Positions 27,915 to 37,563 of a stretch of DNA of 64,000 nt are shown piece by piece. A program made the position numbers and the translations under genes. How positions within the stretch are numbered: position 1 is the stretch's first letter; each line of letters opens with the position of its first letter. The notes under the pieces were generated by a model, which saw only the letters and a program-made list of their open reading frames with translations, was not told the origin of the DNA and did no database searches. Source of the stretch: an uncultured Actinomycetes bacterium (GTDB lineage Bacteria; Actinomycetota; Acidimicrobiia; IMCC26256; DASPTH01); NCBI GenBank assembly GCA_963819735.1, contig CAWFXC010000005.1, positions 425,825 to 489,824 of the forward strand. The letters are read 5' to 3'.

Positions 27915-29264
27915 CCGACGTCGGCGACGTCGCGCGAGGTGAGCGCTACTACCAGGAACTCCTCGACGACGACAGCCGGACCGTCCCCGAGAGCCTCCGC
28001 GCCACCGCAGTCGGGCCGCTCGAGCCGAGCGACCTCGCGCCGGCGCGCTATTTCGATCCCGCGTTCCACCGGCTCGAGGTGGAGCACGTGTGGCGCAGGG
28101 TCTGGCAGATGGCGTGCCGGGAGGAGCAGATTCCCGACGTCGGCGATTCGATCGTCTACGAGATCGCCGACGCCTCGCTCATCGTGGTCCGGACCGCGCC
28201 CGACGAGATCCACGCCTTCCACAATTCCTGCCTGCACCGGGGCACCCAGCTGCGCACGACACCCGGCCGGGTCAACTGCTTCCGCTGCCCGTTCCACGGG
28301 TTCACCTGGAACATCGACGGCTCGCTCCGCGAGATCCCGTGCGCCTGGGACTTCCCCGACATCGATCCCGCGACGTTCGGGCTCCCGGAGGCGCAGGTCG
28401 GTACCTGGGGCGGGTTCGTGTTCGTCAACCTCGATCTCGACGCTGTCGCCGCTCGAGGAGTACCTCGAGGACCTGCCGTGGCACTTCGTCGCGTGGCCCC
28501 TCGAGCAGCGCTCCGTCCAGGCGCACGTGGTGCGCATCATGCCGTGCAATTGGAAGGTGGCACTCGAGGCGTTCATCGAGGCGTACCACACCATGGCGGT
28601 GCACCCGCAGCTGCTGCCGACCGCGGCCGACACGCTGACCGAGTACGACATCTACGGCGCACACGTCAGTCGCATGATCACCGCGGTCGGGGTGCAGAGC
28701 GAACACGTCGCCGAGGTGCTCGACGACGCGACGATCGTCGCGACGATGCTGAACCGTCGCGACGGGAGCGTAACCGTCGACTCCGCCTCGAGCGCCCGGA
28801 AGGTACTCGCCGACAAGGTGCGCGCCTCCATGCACCAACGGACGGGCGGCGACTACTCGCACGTCACCGACGCCGAGGCGCTCGACGGCATCGAGTACTT
28901 CCTCTTCCCGAACTTCATGCCGTGGGCCGGGCTCCTGACCCCGTTCGTCTACCGGTTCCGTCCGAACGGAAACGACCCCGACTCCTGCATCGTCGACATC
29001 CTGAAGCTCGAGCCGGTCCCGGACGGCGAGGAGCGCCCGCCGCCGGCGCCGACGCGACACCTCGGACCCGACGAGAGCTGGGCCGACGTCCCCGAGCTCG
29101 GCACCTTCGGGCGGGTCTTCAACCAGGACGGGTCCACGTTCGGACGTATCCAACGCGGCCTGCACGCCGCGGTGACGCCGACCCTGCACCTGTCGCGCTA
29201 CCAGGAGAGCCGGATCCGCCACTTCCACGCGACGCTCGACGCCTATCTCGCCCGCCACCCTTGA
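27911..29264 (+). pseudogene. Rieske [2Fe-2S] aromatic-ring-hydroxylating oxygenase alpha subunit, split by an apparent +1 frameshift near 28440-28446
   Basis: The Rieske domain (CLHRGTQL...CPFHGFTW) is in the frame starting at 27911. The catalytic domain (PLEEYLEDLPWHF...NWKVALEAFIEAYHTMAVHP) is in the frame of ORF 27939-29264. Each frame turns into Arg-rich nonsense on the other side of the junction. The pseudogene status depends on the accuracy of the sequence. Confidence 0.7.
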
Positions 29265-30850
29265 ATCTGTCGCAGTGGCCGTCGGACGCGGGCGCGGCGA
29301 TCGTCGACTCGACGATCGCCGGGATCCTCCGCGACGCCGCGGCCCACGCGCCTGACCGCACCGCAGTGGTGGCGGGCACGATGGACCCCGCGACGCGGGT
29401 ACGACGCACCTACGCGCAGGCAGTCAGCGAGGCCGAGGCCATCGCGCGCGTGCTGGCGGCACGCTTCGCGCCCGGCGATCGGATCGCGGTGTTGGCGCCG
29501 TCGATCCCCGAGTCGTGTCTCCTCTCGTTCGCCACCGCGATGGCGCGTCTCGTGCTCGTACCGATGAACCCGCTGCTGCGCGCCGAAGAGGTCGAGCACG
29601 TCCTCGGCCGATCCGGCGCGGTCGCGACGTTCTGCGTTGTCGAGCATCGTGGCTACGCGGTGGCGGACGTGCTGGCCGGGCTGCTACCGAGCTTGCCGGC
29701 GCTCCAGGAGATCATCCAGTTCGACGAATGGCCTGCGCTCGTCGAGGCCGGGCTCGCCGACGACCGCCCCCTGCCGCCGCCGCTCCCCGACGACGTGGCG
29801 CAAATCGTGTTCACGTCGGGAACGACGGGCGCGCCCAAGGGGGCGATGCTCACCCACCGCGGGATGACCAACGCGGCGCGGTTCAGCGGCGACCGTTTCG
29901 ACCTCCGACCCGGCGACGTGCACGTGAACCCGATGCCGCTGTACCACGTCGGTGGTCAGGCGGTCACGTGCTCGGTCGTGCAGGCCCGGGCGACGAACGT
30001 GCTCGTCCCGCAGTTCGACGCCGGGGTCGTGCTGGACCTGCTCGAGTGCGAACGGGCGACCCACACCGCCGGGGTCCCGACCATGTTCCGCGACGTGATC
30101 GCGCATCCGACGTTCGGCGCACGCGATGTCTCCGCGCTCCGCGCCCTCAGCACGGGGGGCGCGCTCGTACCCGTCGATCTCATCCGTCATCTCGAGCGCA
30201 GTCTCGCGGTGAGGACGACGATCATGTTCGGCCAGACCGAGACGTGCGGGTACATCTCGCAGACGTTCCTCGACGACGATCCCGACGACAAGTCCGCGAC
30301 CGTGGGGACGCTCTTTCCCCACCTCGAGGGCCGGGTGGTCGCACCGGAGTCCGGGGCCGTGGTGCCGTTCGACGACATGGGTGAGCTGCAGGTCCGCGGG
30401 TGTGGCGTGATGGCGGGCTACTTCGACGAGCCCGAGCAGACCGCGGCCGCGCTCGAGCCCGACGGGTGGTTGCACACGGGCGACCTCGTGACGATGGACG
30501 AGCGGGGCTACCTGCGGGTGGTCGGCCGGCTCAGGGACATGATCATCACCGGGGGCGTCAACGTGTACCCGGCCGAGATCGAGAACGTGATCGCCGCCCA
30601 CCCGACGGTCGCCGACGTCGCGGTGATCGGATGCCCGCACGAGCGTTGGGGCGAGACCGTCGTCGCCGTGGTCCGTCCCGTCCCGGACGCGGCGGCGGAC
30701 GCACGGGTGCTCGAGGAGTACGCCCGCGAACGACTGGCGCCCTTCAAGGTCCCGAAGCAGTGGGTGTTCACCGACGACCTGCCGACGACCGCGTCGGGCA
30801 AGGTCCGGAAGTTCCTGCTCCGGGAGAGGTTGGCCGATGGCCCCGATTGA
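29261..30850 (+). CDS. AMP-dependent acyl-CoA synthetase/ligase
   Basis: FTSGTTGAPKGA, GWLHTGDL, GRLRDMIITGGVNVYP and SGKVRK are present. The proposed start is TTG 29261, which overlaps the Rieske stop as TTGA. The gene sits in the tail of the 979-aa ORF 27911-30850. Confidence 0.85.
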   Translation: MNLSQWPSDAGAAIVDSTIAGILRDAAAHAPDRTAVVAGTMDPATRVRRTYAQAVSEAEAIARVLAARFAPGDRIAVLAPSIPESCLLSFATAMARLVLVPMNPLLRAEEVEHVLGRSGAVATFCVVEHRGYAVADVLAGLLPSLPALQEIIQFDEWPALVEAGLADDRPLPPPLPDDVAQIVFTSGTTGAPKGAMLTHRGMTNAARFSGDRFDLRPGDVHVNPMPLYHVGGQAVTCSVVQARATNVLVPQFDAGVVLDLLECERATHTAGVPTMFRDVIAHPTFGARDVSALRALSTGGALVPVDLIRHLERSLAVRTTIMFGQTETCGYISQTFLDDDPDDKSATVGTLFPHLEGRVVAPESGAVVPFDDMGELQVRGCGVMAGYFDEPEQTAAALEPDGWLHTGDLVTMDERGYLRVVGRLRDMIITGGVNVYPAEIENVIAAHPTVADVAVIGCPHERWGETVVAVVRPVPDAAADARVLEEYARERLAPFKVPKQWVFTDDLPTTASGKVRKFLLRERLADGPD

Positions 30851-30875
30851 GCGCTCGGAGACGCCGTCGGACGGC

Positions 30876-31700
30876 TCAGGTCGTCGCGGACTCCGCGTCC
30901 GAGTCCGCGTCCGAGTCCGCGTTGGCGGCGAGCATCCGCTTCATGTTCCGGGGCGGCGGCCCCGCCGTCGTCCCGCCGTCGACTGGGAACACGATGCCGG
31001 TGATCTGCGCGGCGCGGTCACTTGCGAGGAACAGCATCGCCTCGGCGACGTCACTCGGCGTCCCTTGGCGCTGGAGGGGCTGCATGTCCCGGATGATCGC
31101 CGACTGGTCGAACATCGCGTTGATCTCGGTCGGGATGTGGGCGGGCGCGATGCAGTTCACGCGGATGCCGTAGCGAGCGAGGTCGATGGCGGCGCAGCGA
31201 GTGGCGTGGATCACGGCTGCCTTCGATGCGCGGTACCCGATGAGGCCGGCCCCGGCGTTGATCCCGCCGATCGACGTCGTGTTGAGGATCACCCCGCCCT
31301 CGTGGTCCTTCATGTGACGGCCGGCGCGCTGCATCCCCAGGAGCACGCCGAGCAGATTGACCGACATCTCACGTTCGAAGTCGGTGAAGTCCTCTTCGAG
31401 GAAGCGCATGTGCTCGCCGCCGGTGCCGGCGTTGTTCACCATCACGTGCAAGCCGCCGAAGCGCTCGACCGCGAGGTCGACTGCGGTCTGGACTTCGGCG
31501 GCGACGGCCACGTCGGTGCGCTGGAACGCAACGGCGCCGCCCAACGCTCCGGCCAATGCTTCGCCGCGCTCGGTGTCGACATCGGCGACGACGACGCGCG
31601 CGCCCTCCTCGACGAAGCGCTCGACGATGGCGCGCCCGATGCCGCGCGCCCCGCCGGTGACGATCGCGACCTTGCCGGCGAGCTCGTTGCCGTCGCTCAT
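30876..31700 (-). CDS. SDR-family oxidoreductase
   Basis: TGGARGIGRAI, NNAG and YRASKAAV are present. The C-terminal tail DSDADSDAES is encoded by a 12-bp x3 repeat at 30889-30924. Confidence 0.9.
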   Translation of the reverse strand: MSDGNELAGKVAIVTGGARGIGRAIVERFVEEGARVVVADVDTERGEALAGALGGAVAFQRTDVAVAAEVQTAVDLAVERFGGLHVMVNNAGTGGEHMRFLEEDFTDFEREMSVNLLGVLLGMQRAGRHMKDHEGGVILNTTSIGGINAGAGLIGYRASKAAVIHATRCAAIDLARYGIRVNCIAPAHIPTEINAMFDQSAIIRDMQPLQRQGTPSDVAEAMLFLASDRAAQITGIVFPVDGGTTAGPPPRNMKRMLAANADSDADSDAESATT

Positions 31701-31801
31701 GCTGCACCACTCCGATACTGCGCGACACCGCGATACTTCGATGTCGCGACAACCTACGAGACGGCCTGGCGCCCTGCAAGATGCGCGGAGGGAACAACCG
31801 C

Positions 31802-33082
31802 ATGAGCACGACTGGCTTCGAGAGCATCGACTTCTTCCGCGCGGGTGAGCTCTACCAGGACCCGTTCCCGTACTACGAGTTCCTGCGTTCGCACGGTCCC
31901 GTGTGGGCCGAGCCGCGCCGCGGCGTGTTCATGGTCACCGGCTACGAGGAAGCCATGGCCGCGTACAACGACACCGCGACGTACTCGAACTGCAACGCGG
32001 TGAGCGGGCCGTTCGTGAAGTTCCCCGAACCGTTCGTGGGTGACGACGTGAGCGACCTCATCGAGCGCTACCGCGACACGCTCCCGTTCAGCGATCAGCT
32101 CCCGACCTTCGACCCACCGAAGCACACCGCGCACCGGGGGCTGCTGCTGCGCCTGATCACGCCGAAGCGCATGAGGGAGAACGAGGAGTTCATGTGGCGG
32201 CTCGCCGACCGCCAGATCGACGAGTTCCTCGATCTCGGCGAGTGCGAGTTCATCGGCGACTACGCCGAGCCGTTCACGCTGCTGGTGATCGCGGACCTGC
32301 TCGGCGTACCCGAGGAGGATCACGCGACGTTCCGGGCGGAGTTGCAGGGCGACCAGCGCCCGGCCGAGAGCAAGGGCGAGAAGGGAGTCGTCGCGCACAA
32401 GCCGCTCGAGTTCCTCTACGACCGCTTCACCGGATACATCGAGGACCTGCGTGAGCATCCGCGACCCGATGTCATGACCCAACTCGCGACCGCGACGTTC
32501 CCCGACGGCACGCTGCCCGAAGTGCACGACATCATGCTGATCGCGTCCAACCTGTTCTCCGCGGGGGGCGAGACCACCGCGCGCATGCTCGGCACCGCGC
32601 TCCGGTACCTCGGTGAGCGCCCCGCGCTGCAGCGGCAGTTGCGCGACGACCGCTCGCTGATCCCCGCGTTCCTCGAGGAGTGCGTCCGGCTCCACAGCCC
32701 GATCCAGGGCAGCTTCCGGATGGCGCGCACGACCACGACACTCGGTGGTGTCGACATCCCCGCTGGCTCGACGCTCATGGTGCTCGCCGGCGCCGCCAAC
32801 CGCGACCCCCGCCTCCACGACGATCCCGCCGAGTTCAAGCTCGACCGCGTGAACGGTCGTCAGCACGTCGGATTCGGGTGGGGCGCCCACGTGTGCGTCG
32901 GCGCGCCGCTGGCTCGCGCCGAAGGCCGGGCCAGCCTCGAGCGCATCCTCGATCACATGGACGACATCCGAATCTCCGAGACCCATCACGGACCCACCGG
33001 TGAGTGGCGTTATCGCTACGAGCCGATCTTCATGCTCCACGGCCTCGAGGAGCTCCACCTCGAGTTCACACCCGGACCCTGA
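31802..33082 (+). CDS. cytochrome P450
   Basis: ATG 31802 follows a ggaggga SD. EECVRL (ExxR) and the heme loop FGWGAHVCVGAPLA are present. Confidence 0.92.
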   Translation: MSTTGFESIDFFRAGELYQDPFPYYEFLRSHGPVWAEPRRGVFMVTGYEEAMAAYNDTATYSNCNAVSGPFVKFPEPFVGDDVSDLIERYRDTLPFSDQLPTFDPPKHTAHRGLLLRLITPKRMRENEEFMWRLADRQIDEFLDLGECEFIGDYAEPFTLLVIADLLGVPEEDHATFRAELQGDQRPAESKGEKGVVAHKPLEFLYDRFTGYIEDLREHPRPDVMTQLATATFPDGTLPEVHDIMLIASNLFSAGGETTARMLGTALRYLGERPALQRQLRDDRSLIPAFLEECVRLHSPIQGSFRMARTTTTLGGVDIPAGSTLMVLAGAANRDPRLHDDPAEFKLDRVNGRQHVGFGWGAHVCVGAPLARAEGRASLERILDHMDDIRISETHHGPTGEWRYRYEPIFMLHGLEELHLEFTPGP

Positions 33083-33083
33083 C

Positions 33084-35429
33084 GTGGTGTCGACGAGCAC
33101 CGATCACCTCATCGGCACCACCAGGTACGCGGGCAACCGGGTACCGAGGGTCGAGGACGCCCGCCTGCTCACCGGGCAGGGAACATACGTCGACGACATC
33201 GTGCGCCCGGGCATGTTGCACGCGTGCTTCGTGCGCAGTCCGTTCCCGCGCGCGGGGATCGAGCGCATCGACGTCACGGAGGCACTGGCGGTGCCCGGCG
33301 TGCGCGCGGTCTTCACCGCCTCAGACGTGAACCCGACGCTCCACGAGCTCTGGTACACCGGGCAGGGCCCCAACTCGCCGACCACGCCGCTCCCTCCACT
33401 CGCCGACGGCGAGGTGCGCTTCGCCGGCGATCCGGTCGCCGTCGTGATCGCGGAGAACCGCTACCTCGCGGAAGACGCCGCCGAGCTCGTGATGGTCGAC
33501 TACGTCGAGCTGTCGCCGGTCGTCGACTACGTCACCGCGACGGAATCCGACCAACTCGTGCACGCGGAGTTCGCGAACAACGTGGTGGGGGACTTGGGCG
33601 GGGGTGCGTCCGATCGGGTCGACGCCGCCATCGCGGCCGCGGCCCACGTCGTGCAGGAGACGATCTTCGAGCAGGCCTATGCGGCCGTGCCGATGGAGAC
33701 GCGCGGGATCGTGCTCGAGTGGGCATCGGCGAGCGGAGAGCTCACAATCTGGGCGGCGACGCAGGCGCCGAACGAGGTTCGTTCGGTGTGCGCGCGTGTG
33801 CTCGGCCTGCCCGAGCACCGGATCCGGGTCGTGATGCGCGACACCGGCGGCGGATTCGGGCAGAAGGTGATGCCGCTGCGGGAGGAGGTGTGTCTCATGC
33901 TCGTGGCGCCGAAGCTGCCGGGGCCGGTCAAATGGATCGAGGACCGGCGCGAGAACCTGCTCGCCGCAGGTCAGGCCCGCCACGAGCACGCGGTCACCCG
34001 GATGGCGTTCGACCGCGACGGCATCATGCTCGCAACCGTGATCGATCACATACAGGACGCCGGCGCCTATCCGGTGCCGTGGCCGGTGTTCACCGGTGCC
34101 GCCGTCGGCATGATGTTCCCGGGCCCGTACCGCATCCCGGCGACGAGCTTCTCCCATCGTTCGGTGTTCTCGAACACCGTCGGACGCACCGCGTACCGCG
34201 GGCCGTGGGCGTTCGAGTCGGTCGCGCGCGAGGTGGTCCTCGACATCGCGGCGCGGCGTATCGGCATCGACGCCGTCGAGCTGCGGCGCCGCAACATGCT
34301 CGGCGCCGAGGATCTGCCCTACACGAACGGCAACGGCATGCCCTACGTGCACATGTCGCCGCGCGAGACCTTCGAGCACGCGCTCGAGATCCTGGGCTAC
34401 GACGCGTTCCGGCGCGAGCAGGCCGCCGCGCGCGCGGCCGGCCGATACCTCGGTGTCGGCACGAGCAGCTACGTGGAGCCGACCACGCCGGGTATGGGCT
34501 ACTACGCGAGCGAAGGCGCGACGATCCGCATCGACCCCACCGGGAAGGTGTGCGTCTACGTCGCGGGTGGGTCCACCGGCAACAGCCTGGAGACCACCGT
34601 GGTGCAGCTCACCGCCGACGCGCTCGGCGTACCGATCGAGGACGTCACCACGATCCAGGGTGACACCGCGCTCACGCCGTACGGCGCCGGAACCGGTGGC
34701 AGTCGCAGTGGGTCGATGATGGCCGGTGCGGTGGAGGTGACGGCGGCGGTGTTGTGCCACAAGCTCGTGGCCATCGCGGCGGCCAAGCTGGAGGCGGCAG
34801 CCGACGACATCGAGCTCGGCGGCGGCCGCGCCTTCGTCCGCGGCACGCCGACGGTCGGGATCACGGTGGCCGATCTCGCCGCGATCGCGTACAACCAGCC
34901 GGGCACGCTCCCGCCCGGCATCACCGCGGGGCTGGAGGCGAGCGAGCGGTACACGGCCTCGCCCATGCCGGTGTGGGCCAACGCGACCCACGTGTGCACG
35001 TGCGAGGTCGACGTCGCGACCGGTCGCGTGCAGTTGCTCCGCTACATCGTGAGCGAGGACTGCGGCCCGATGATCAACCCCGACGTCGTCGAGGGGCAGA
35101 TCGCCGGCGGCACGGCCCAGGGGATCGGCGGTGCGCTGCTCGAACACCTGGCGTACGACGAGCACGGCAACCCCGTGGCCACCACGTTCCTCGACTACCT
35201 CGTCCCCACGATGTCCGACATCCCGCCGATCGAGTACGGCCATGTCGGCACCCCCGGCGCCGGGCCCGGTGGCTACAAGGGCGTGGGCGAGGGCGGGGCG
35301 ATCGGCGCACCGCCGGCAGTGGTGAACGCGGTGGCCGACGCGCTCGCGCCGTTCGGCATCGACGTCACCCGGCTCCCGGTGCGCCCCGACACCATCGTCC
35401 GGCTCGTGCGGGAAGCCACGTCGCGCTAA
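33084..35429 (+). CDS. molybdopterin-binding large subunit of the xanthine dehydrogenase / aerobic CO dehydrogenase (CoxL-like) family
   Basis: GTG 33084 lies 1 nt after the P450 stop. VPRVEDARLLTGQGTYVDDI, DTGGGFGQKV, TAYRGPWAFES and GVGEGGAIGAPPAV are present. The form-I CO dehydrogenase loop VAYRCSFR is not present. Confidence 0.88.
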   Translation: MVSTSTDHLIGTTRYAGNRVPRVEDARLLTGQGTYVDDIVRPGMLHACFVRSPFPRAGIERIDVTEALAVPGVRAVFTASDVNPTLHELWYTGQGPNSPTTPLPPLADGEVRFAGDPVAVVIAENRYLAEDAAELVMVDYVELSPVVDYVTATESDQLVHAEFANNVVGDLGGGASDRVDAAIAAAAHVVQETIFEQAYAAVPMETRGIVLEWASASGELTIWAATQAPNEVRSVCARVLGLPEHRIRVVMRDTGGGFGQKVMPLREEVCLMLVAPKLPGPVKWIEDRRENLLAAGQARHEHAVTRMAFDRDGIMLATVIDHIQDAGAYPVPWPVFTGAAVGMMFPGPYRIPATSFSHRSVFSNTVGRTAYRGPWAFESVAREVVLDIAARRIGIDAVELRRRNMLGAEDLPYTNGNGMPYVHMSPRETFEHALEILGYDAFRREQAAARAAGRYLGVGTSSYVEPTTPGMGYYASEGATIRIDPTGKVCVYVAGGSTGNSLETTVVQLTADALGVPIEDVTTIQGDTALTPYGAGTGGSRSGSMMAGAVEVTAAVLCHKLVAIAAAKLEAAADDIELGGGRAFVRGTPTVGITVADLAAIAYNQPGTLPPGITAGLEASERYTASPMPVWANATHVCTCEVDVATGRVQLLRYIVSEDCGPMINPDVVEGQIAGGTAQGIGGALLEHLAYDEHGNPVATTFLDYLVPTMSDIPPIEYGHVGTPGAGPGGYKGVGEGGAIGAPPAVVNAVADALAPFGIDVTRLPVRPDTIVRLVREATSR

Positions 35430-35486
35430 GTGCACGCGTCGCCGGACTCCGACAACTCATCGAACACCGAACGGGAGGAACGACAA

Positions 35487-36230
35487 ATGGGAGAGCTCGA
35501 CGGCAAGGTGGCCGTCATGACCGGCGCGGGCTCCGGCATGGCGAAGGCCGCCGCGCGGGTCTTCGTGCGCGAGGGCGCCAAGGTGCTCGCGGCCGACGTG
35601 AGCGGCCGCGAGGAGCAGACCGCGGCCGAGCTGGGCGCCGCCGTCGTGCCGTTCCACGTCGACGTCACGAACGAGGCCGAGGTCGAGGCCATGTTCGCGG
35701 CCGCGTTCGACGCGTTCGGTCGGGTCGACGCGGTGCTGAACGTCGCCGGGCTCGGAAGCGGCGGAATGCTCGTCGACCTCACGCTCGAGGAGTACCAACG
35801 GATCATGGAGGTCAACCTCAAGGGCGTGATGCTCGGCACGAAGCACGGGGTCAAGGCGCTGCTCCAGACCGGGGGCGGCGTGATCCTGAACTGGTCGTCG
35901 ATCGGTGGCATGAACGTGTCGCTGGGGACGAGCGTGTACTCGGCGACCAAGGCGGGCGTGATCTCGTTCACCAAGTCGGCGGCCATCGAATACGGGGCGG
36001 AGGGCGTGCGGGCCAACGCGATCTGTCCGGGCTTCATCGAGACCGAGATGTCGGGTGGCAAAGGCGCGGGCGAGCGGTTCCCCCAGATGATCCAGGGCTC
36101 GGCGCTCAAGCGCGCCGGTCAGCCGGAGGAGGTCGCGGAGCTTGCGTCGTTCCTCGCGTCCGACCGTGCGAGCTTCATCACCGGCGCGGTGATCCCCATC
36201 GACGGCGGCACGACGGCCGCCCTCCGCTGA
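35487..36230 (+). CDS. SDR-family oxidoreductase
   Basis: ATG 35487 follows a gggagg SD. TGAGSGMAKAAA and YSATKAGV are present. Confidence 0.9.
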   Translation: MGELDGKVAVMTGAGSGMAKAAARVFVREGAKVLAADVSGREEQTAAELGAAVVPFHVDVTNEAEVEAMFAAAFDAFGRVDAVLNVAGLGSGGMLVDLTLEEYQRIMEVNLKGVMLGTKHGVKALLQTGGGVILNWSSIGGMNVSLGTSVYSATKAGVISFTKSAAIEYGAEGVRANAICPGFIETEMSGGKGAGERFPQMIQGSALKRAGQPEEVAELASFLASDRASFITGAVIPIDGGTTAALR

Positions 36231-36287
36231 ACCGACATGCTGAACCGACATGCTGAACCGAGATGCTGGAACCGAGATGCTGAACGA
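36228..36287. repeat. tandem direct repeat, about 4.5 copies of a 13-nt unit TGAACCGA(C/G)ATGC
   Basis: Read directly as tgaaccgacatgc / tgaaccgacatgc / tgaaccgagatgc / tggaaccgagatgc / tgaacga. The first TGA is the SDR stop codon. The array ends 43 nt before the P450 start. Confidence 0.9.
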
Positions 36288-36330
36288 GGGGAGTGGTGAA
36301 GATGCGTGAGCCCGGGATGGAGGCACCAGG

Positions 36331-37542
36331 GTGACCTCGACCGCGACGGGTGCGCTGTACTACGACCCCTACGACGTCACCATCAACGCCGATCCCTATC
36401 CGGTGTTCCGACGCCTGCGGGAGGAGGCGCCGCTCTACTACAACGAAGCCCACGACTTCTACGCCGTGAGTCGTTACGAGGACGTCGAGCGCGGCCTGGT
36501 CGACCGCGGCACGTTCATCTCGGGACGCGGCGCCGTCCTCGAGTTGATCAAGGCGAACATCGAGATGCCGCCGGGGATCCTGATCTTCGAGGACCCGCCC
36601 GGTCACACGATCCACCGTGCCCTGCTGTCGCGCGTGTTCACACCCCGGAAGATGAACGCGCTGGAGCCGCAGATCCGTCAGTTCTGTGTCGACTGCCTCG
36701 ATCCGCTCGTCGGTGCCGGCGGTTTCGACTTCGTGGCTGATCTCGGCGCGCAGATGCCGATGCGGGTGATCGGCATGCTCCTCGGAATACCCGAGGAGGA
36801 CCAGGCGGCGATCCGCGACCATTCGCACGAGAGTCTGCGCACCGAGGAGGGCGAGCCGATGCGCTACTCGCAGGACGATTTCGTGAGTGGCGCGATCTTC
36901 GCCGACTACGTCGACTGGCGGGCCGATCACCCCTCCGATGACATCATGACGCAGCTGCTGATCGCAGAGTTCGAGGACGCGACGGGCATCACGCGTCGCC
37001 TCACGCGGAACGAGGTGCTCACCTACGTCAACGTGATTGCCGGCGCGGGCAACGACACGACCAATCGGCTGATCGGCTGGGCCGGGAAGGTGTTGGCGGA
37101 CCACCCCTCCCAGCGCCGCGAGCTGGCGGCCGATCCGTCGTTGGTCCCGAACGCGATCGAGGAGCTCCTGCGCTACGAACCGCCGGCGCCCCACGTCGGC
37201 CGGTACGTCGCGAGCGACGCCGAGTTCCACGGTGTCACCGTCCCTGCGGGCAGCGCACTCCTCTGTCTCGTCGGCGCCGCCAACCACGACGACCGGCGTT
37301 TTCCCGACGGCGAACACTTCGACATCCACCGCGAGATCGGTCAGCACCTGGCGTTCGGGTACGGCCCGCACTTCTGCCTGGGCGCGGCGCTGGCGAGGGT
37401 CGAGGGACGGGTCGCGTTGGAGGAGGTGCTGCGACGCTTCCCCGACTGGGATGTCGACATGGACAACGCGCGGCTCGCGCCGACCTCGACCGTCCGGGGC
37501 TGGGAGAACCTCCCGGTCGTCACCGGCGAGCGCTCGTTGTGA
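36331..37542 (+). CDS. cytochrome P450
   Basis: EELLRY (ExxR) and the heme loop FGYGPHFCLGAALA are present. The start codon is GTG. Confidence 0.92.
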   Translation: MTSTATGALYYDPYDVTINADPYPVFRRLREEAPLYYNEAHDFYAVSRYEDVERGLVDRGTFISGRGAVLELIKANIEMPPGILIFEDPPGHTIHRALLSRVFTPRKMNALEPQIRQFCVDCLDPLVGAGGFDFVADLGAQMPMRVIGMLLGIPEEDQAAIRDHSHESLRTEEGEPMRYSQDDFVSGAIFADYVDWRADHPSDDIMTQLLIAEFEDATGITRRLTRNEVLTYVNVIAGAGNDTTNRLIGWAGKVLADHPSQRRELAADPSLVPNAIEELLRYEPPAPHVGRYVASDAEFHGVTVPAGSALLCLVGAANHDDRRFPDGEHFDIHREIGQHLAFGYGPHFCLGAALARVEGRVALEEVLRRFPDWDVDMDNARLAPTSTVRGWENLPVVTGERSL

Positions 37543-37563
37543 TGTTCTGTGCCGGCCCCGCGG

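Noticed and set aside
28433-28450. Programmed ribosomal frameshifting at the Rieske junction and at the swivel-domain junction (41988-42006)
   Set aside because: I could find no slippery heptamer (X XXY YYZ), no rare-codon or stop-codon stimulator and no obvious downstream pseudoknot at either junction. A mutation or an assembly indel is the simpler explanation.
27911-30850. 979-aa ORF that looks like a Rieske-domain / acyl-CoA synthetase fusion protein
   Set aside because: The central 270 residues or so are Arg-rich nonsense. The genuine oxygenase catalytic domain lies in another frame over the same nucleotides. I interpret it as a frameshifted oxygenase gene plus a separate ligase gene that happens to share the frame.
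30889-30924. 12-nt x3 tandem repeat (gactccgcgtcc / gagtccgcgtcc / gagtccgcgttg)
   Set aside because: It lies inside the 3-prime end of the SDR gene (minus strand). It simply encodes a low-complexity acidic tail (DSDADSDAES). It is in frame, short and of no obvious regulatory significance.
33084-35429. Carbon-monoxide dehydrogenase (CoxL) function for the Mo-hydroxylase large subunit
   Set aside because: The diagnostic active-site loop (VAYRCSFR in form I) is not present. The corresponding region reads TAYRGPWAFES, and no coxM or coxS genes are adjacent. Only the superfamily is called.
36228-36287. Possible CRISPR array or minisatellite-encoded peptide (a 20-codon uORF, 36236-36298)
   Set aside because: The units are 13-14 nt, directly abutting with no spacers, and no cas genes are present, so this is not CRISPR. 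The uORF has no SD and is a by-product of the ATG inside each repeat unit.
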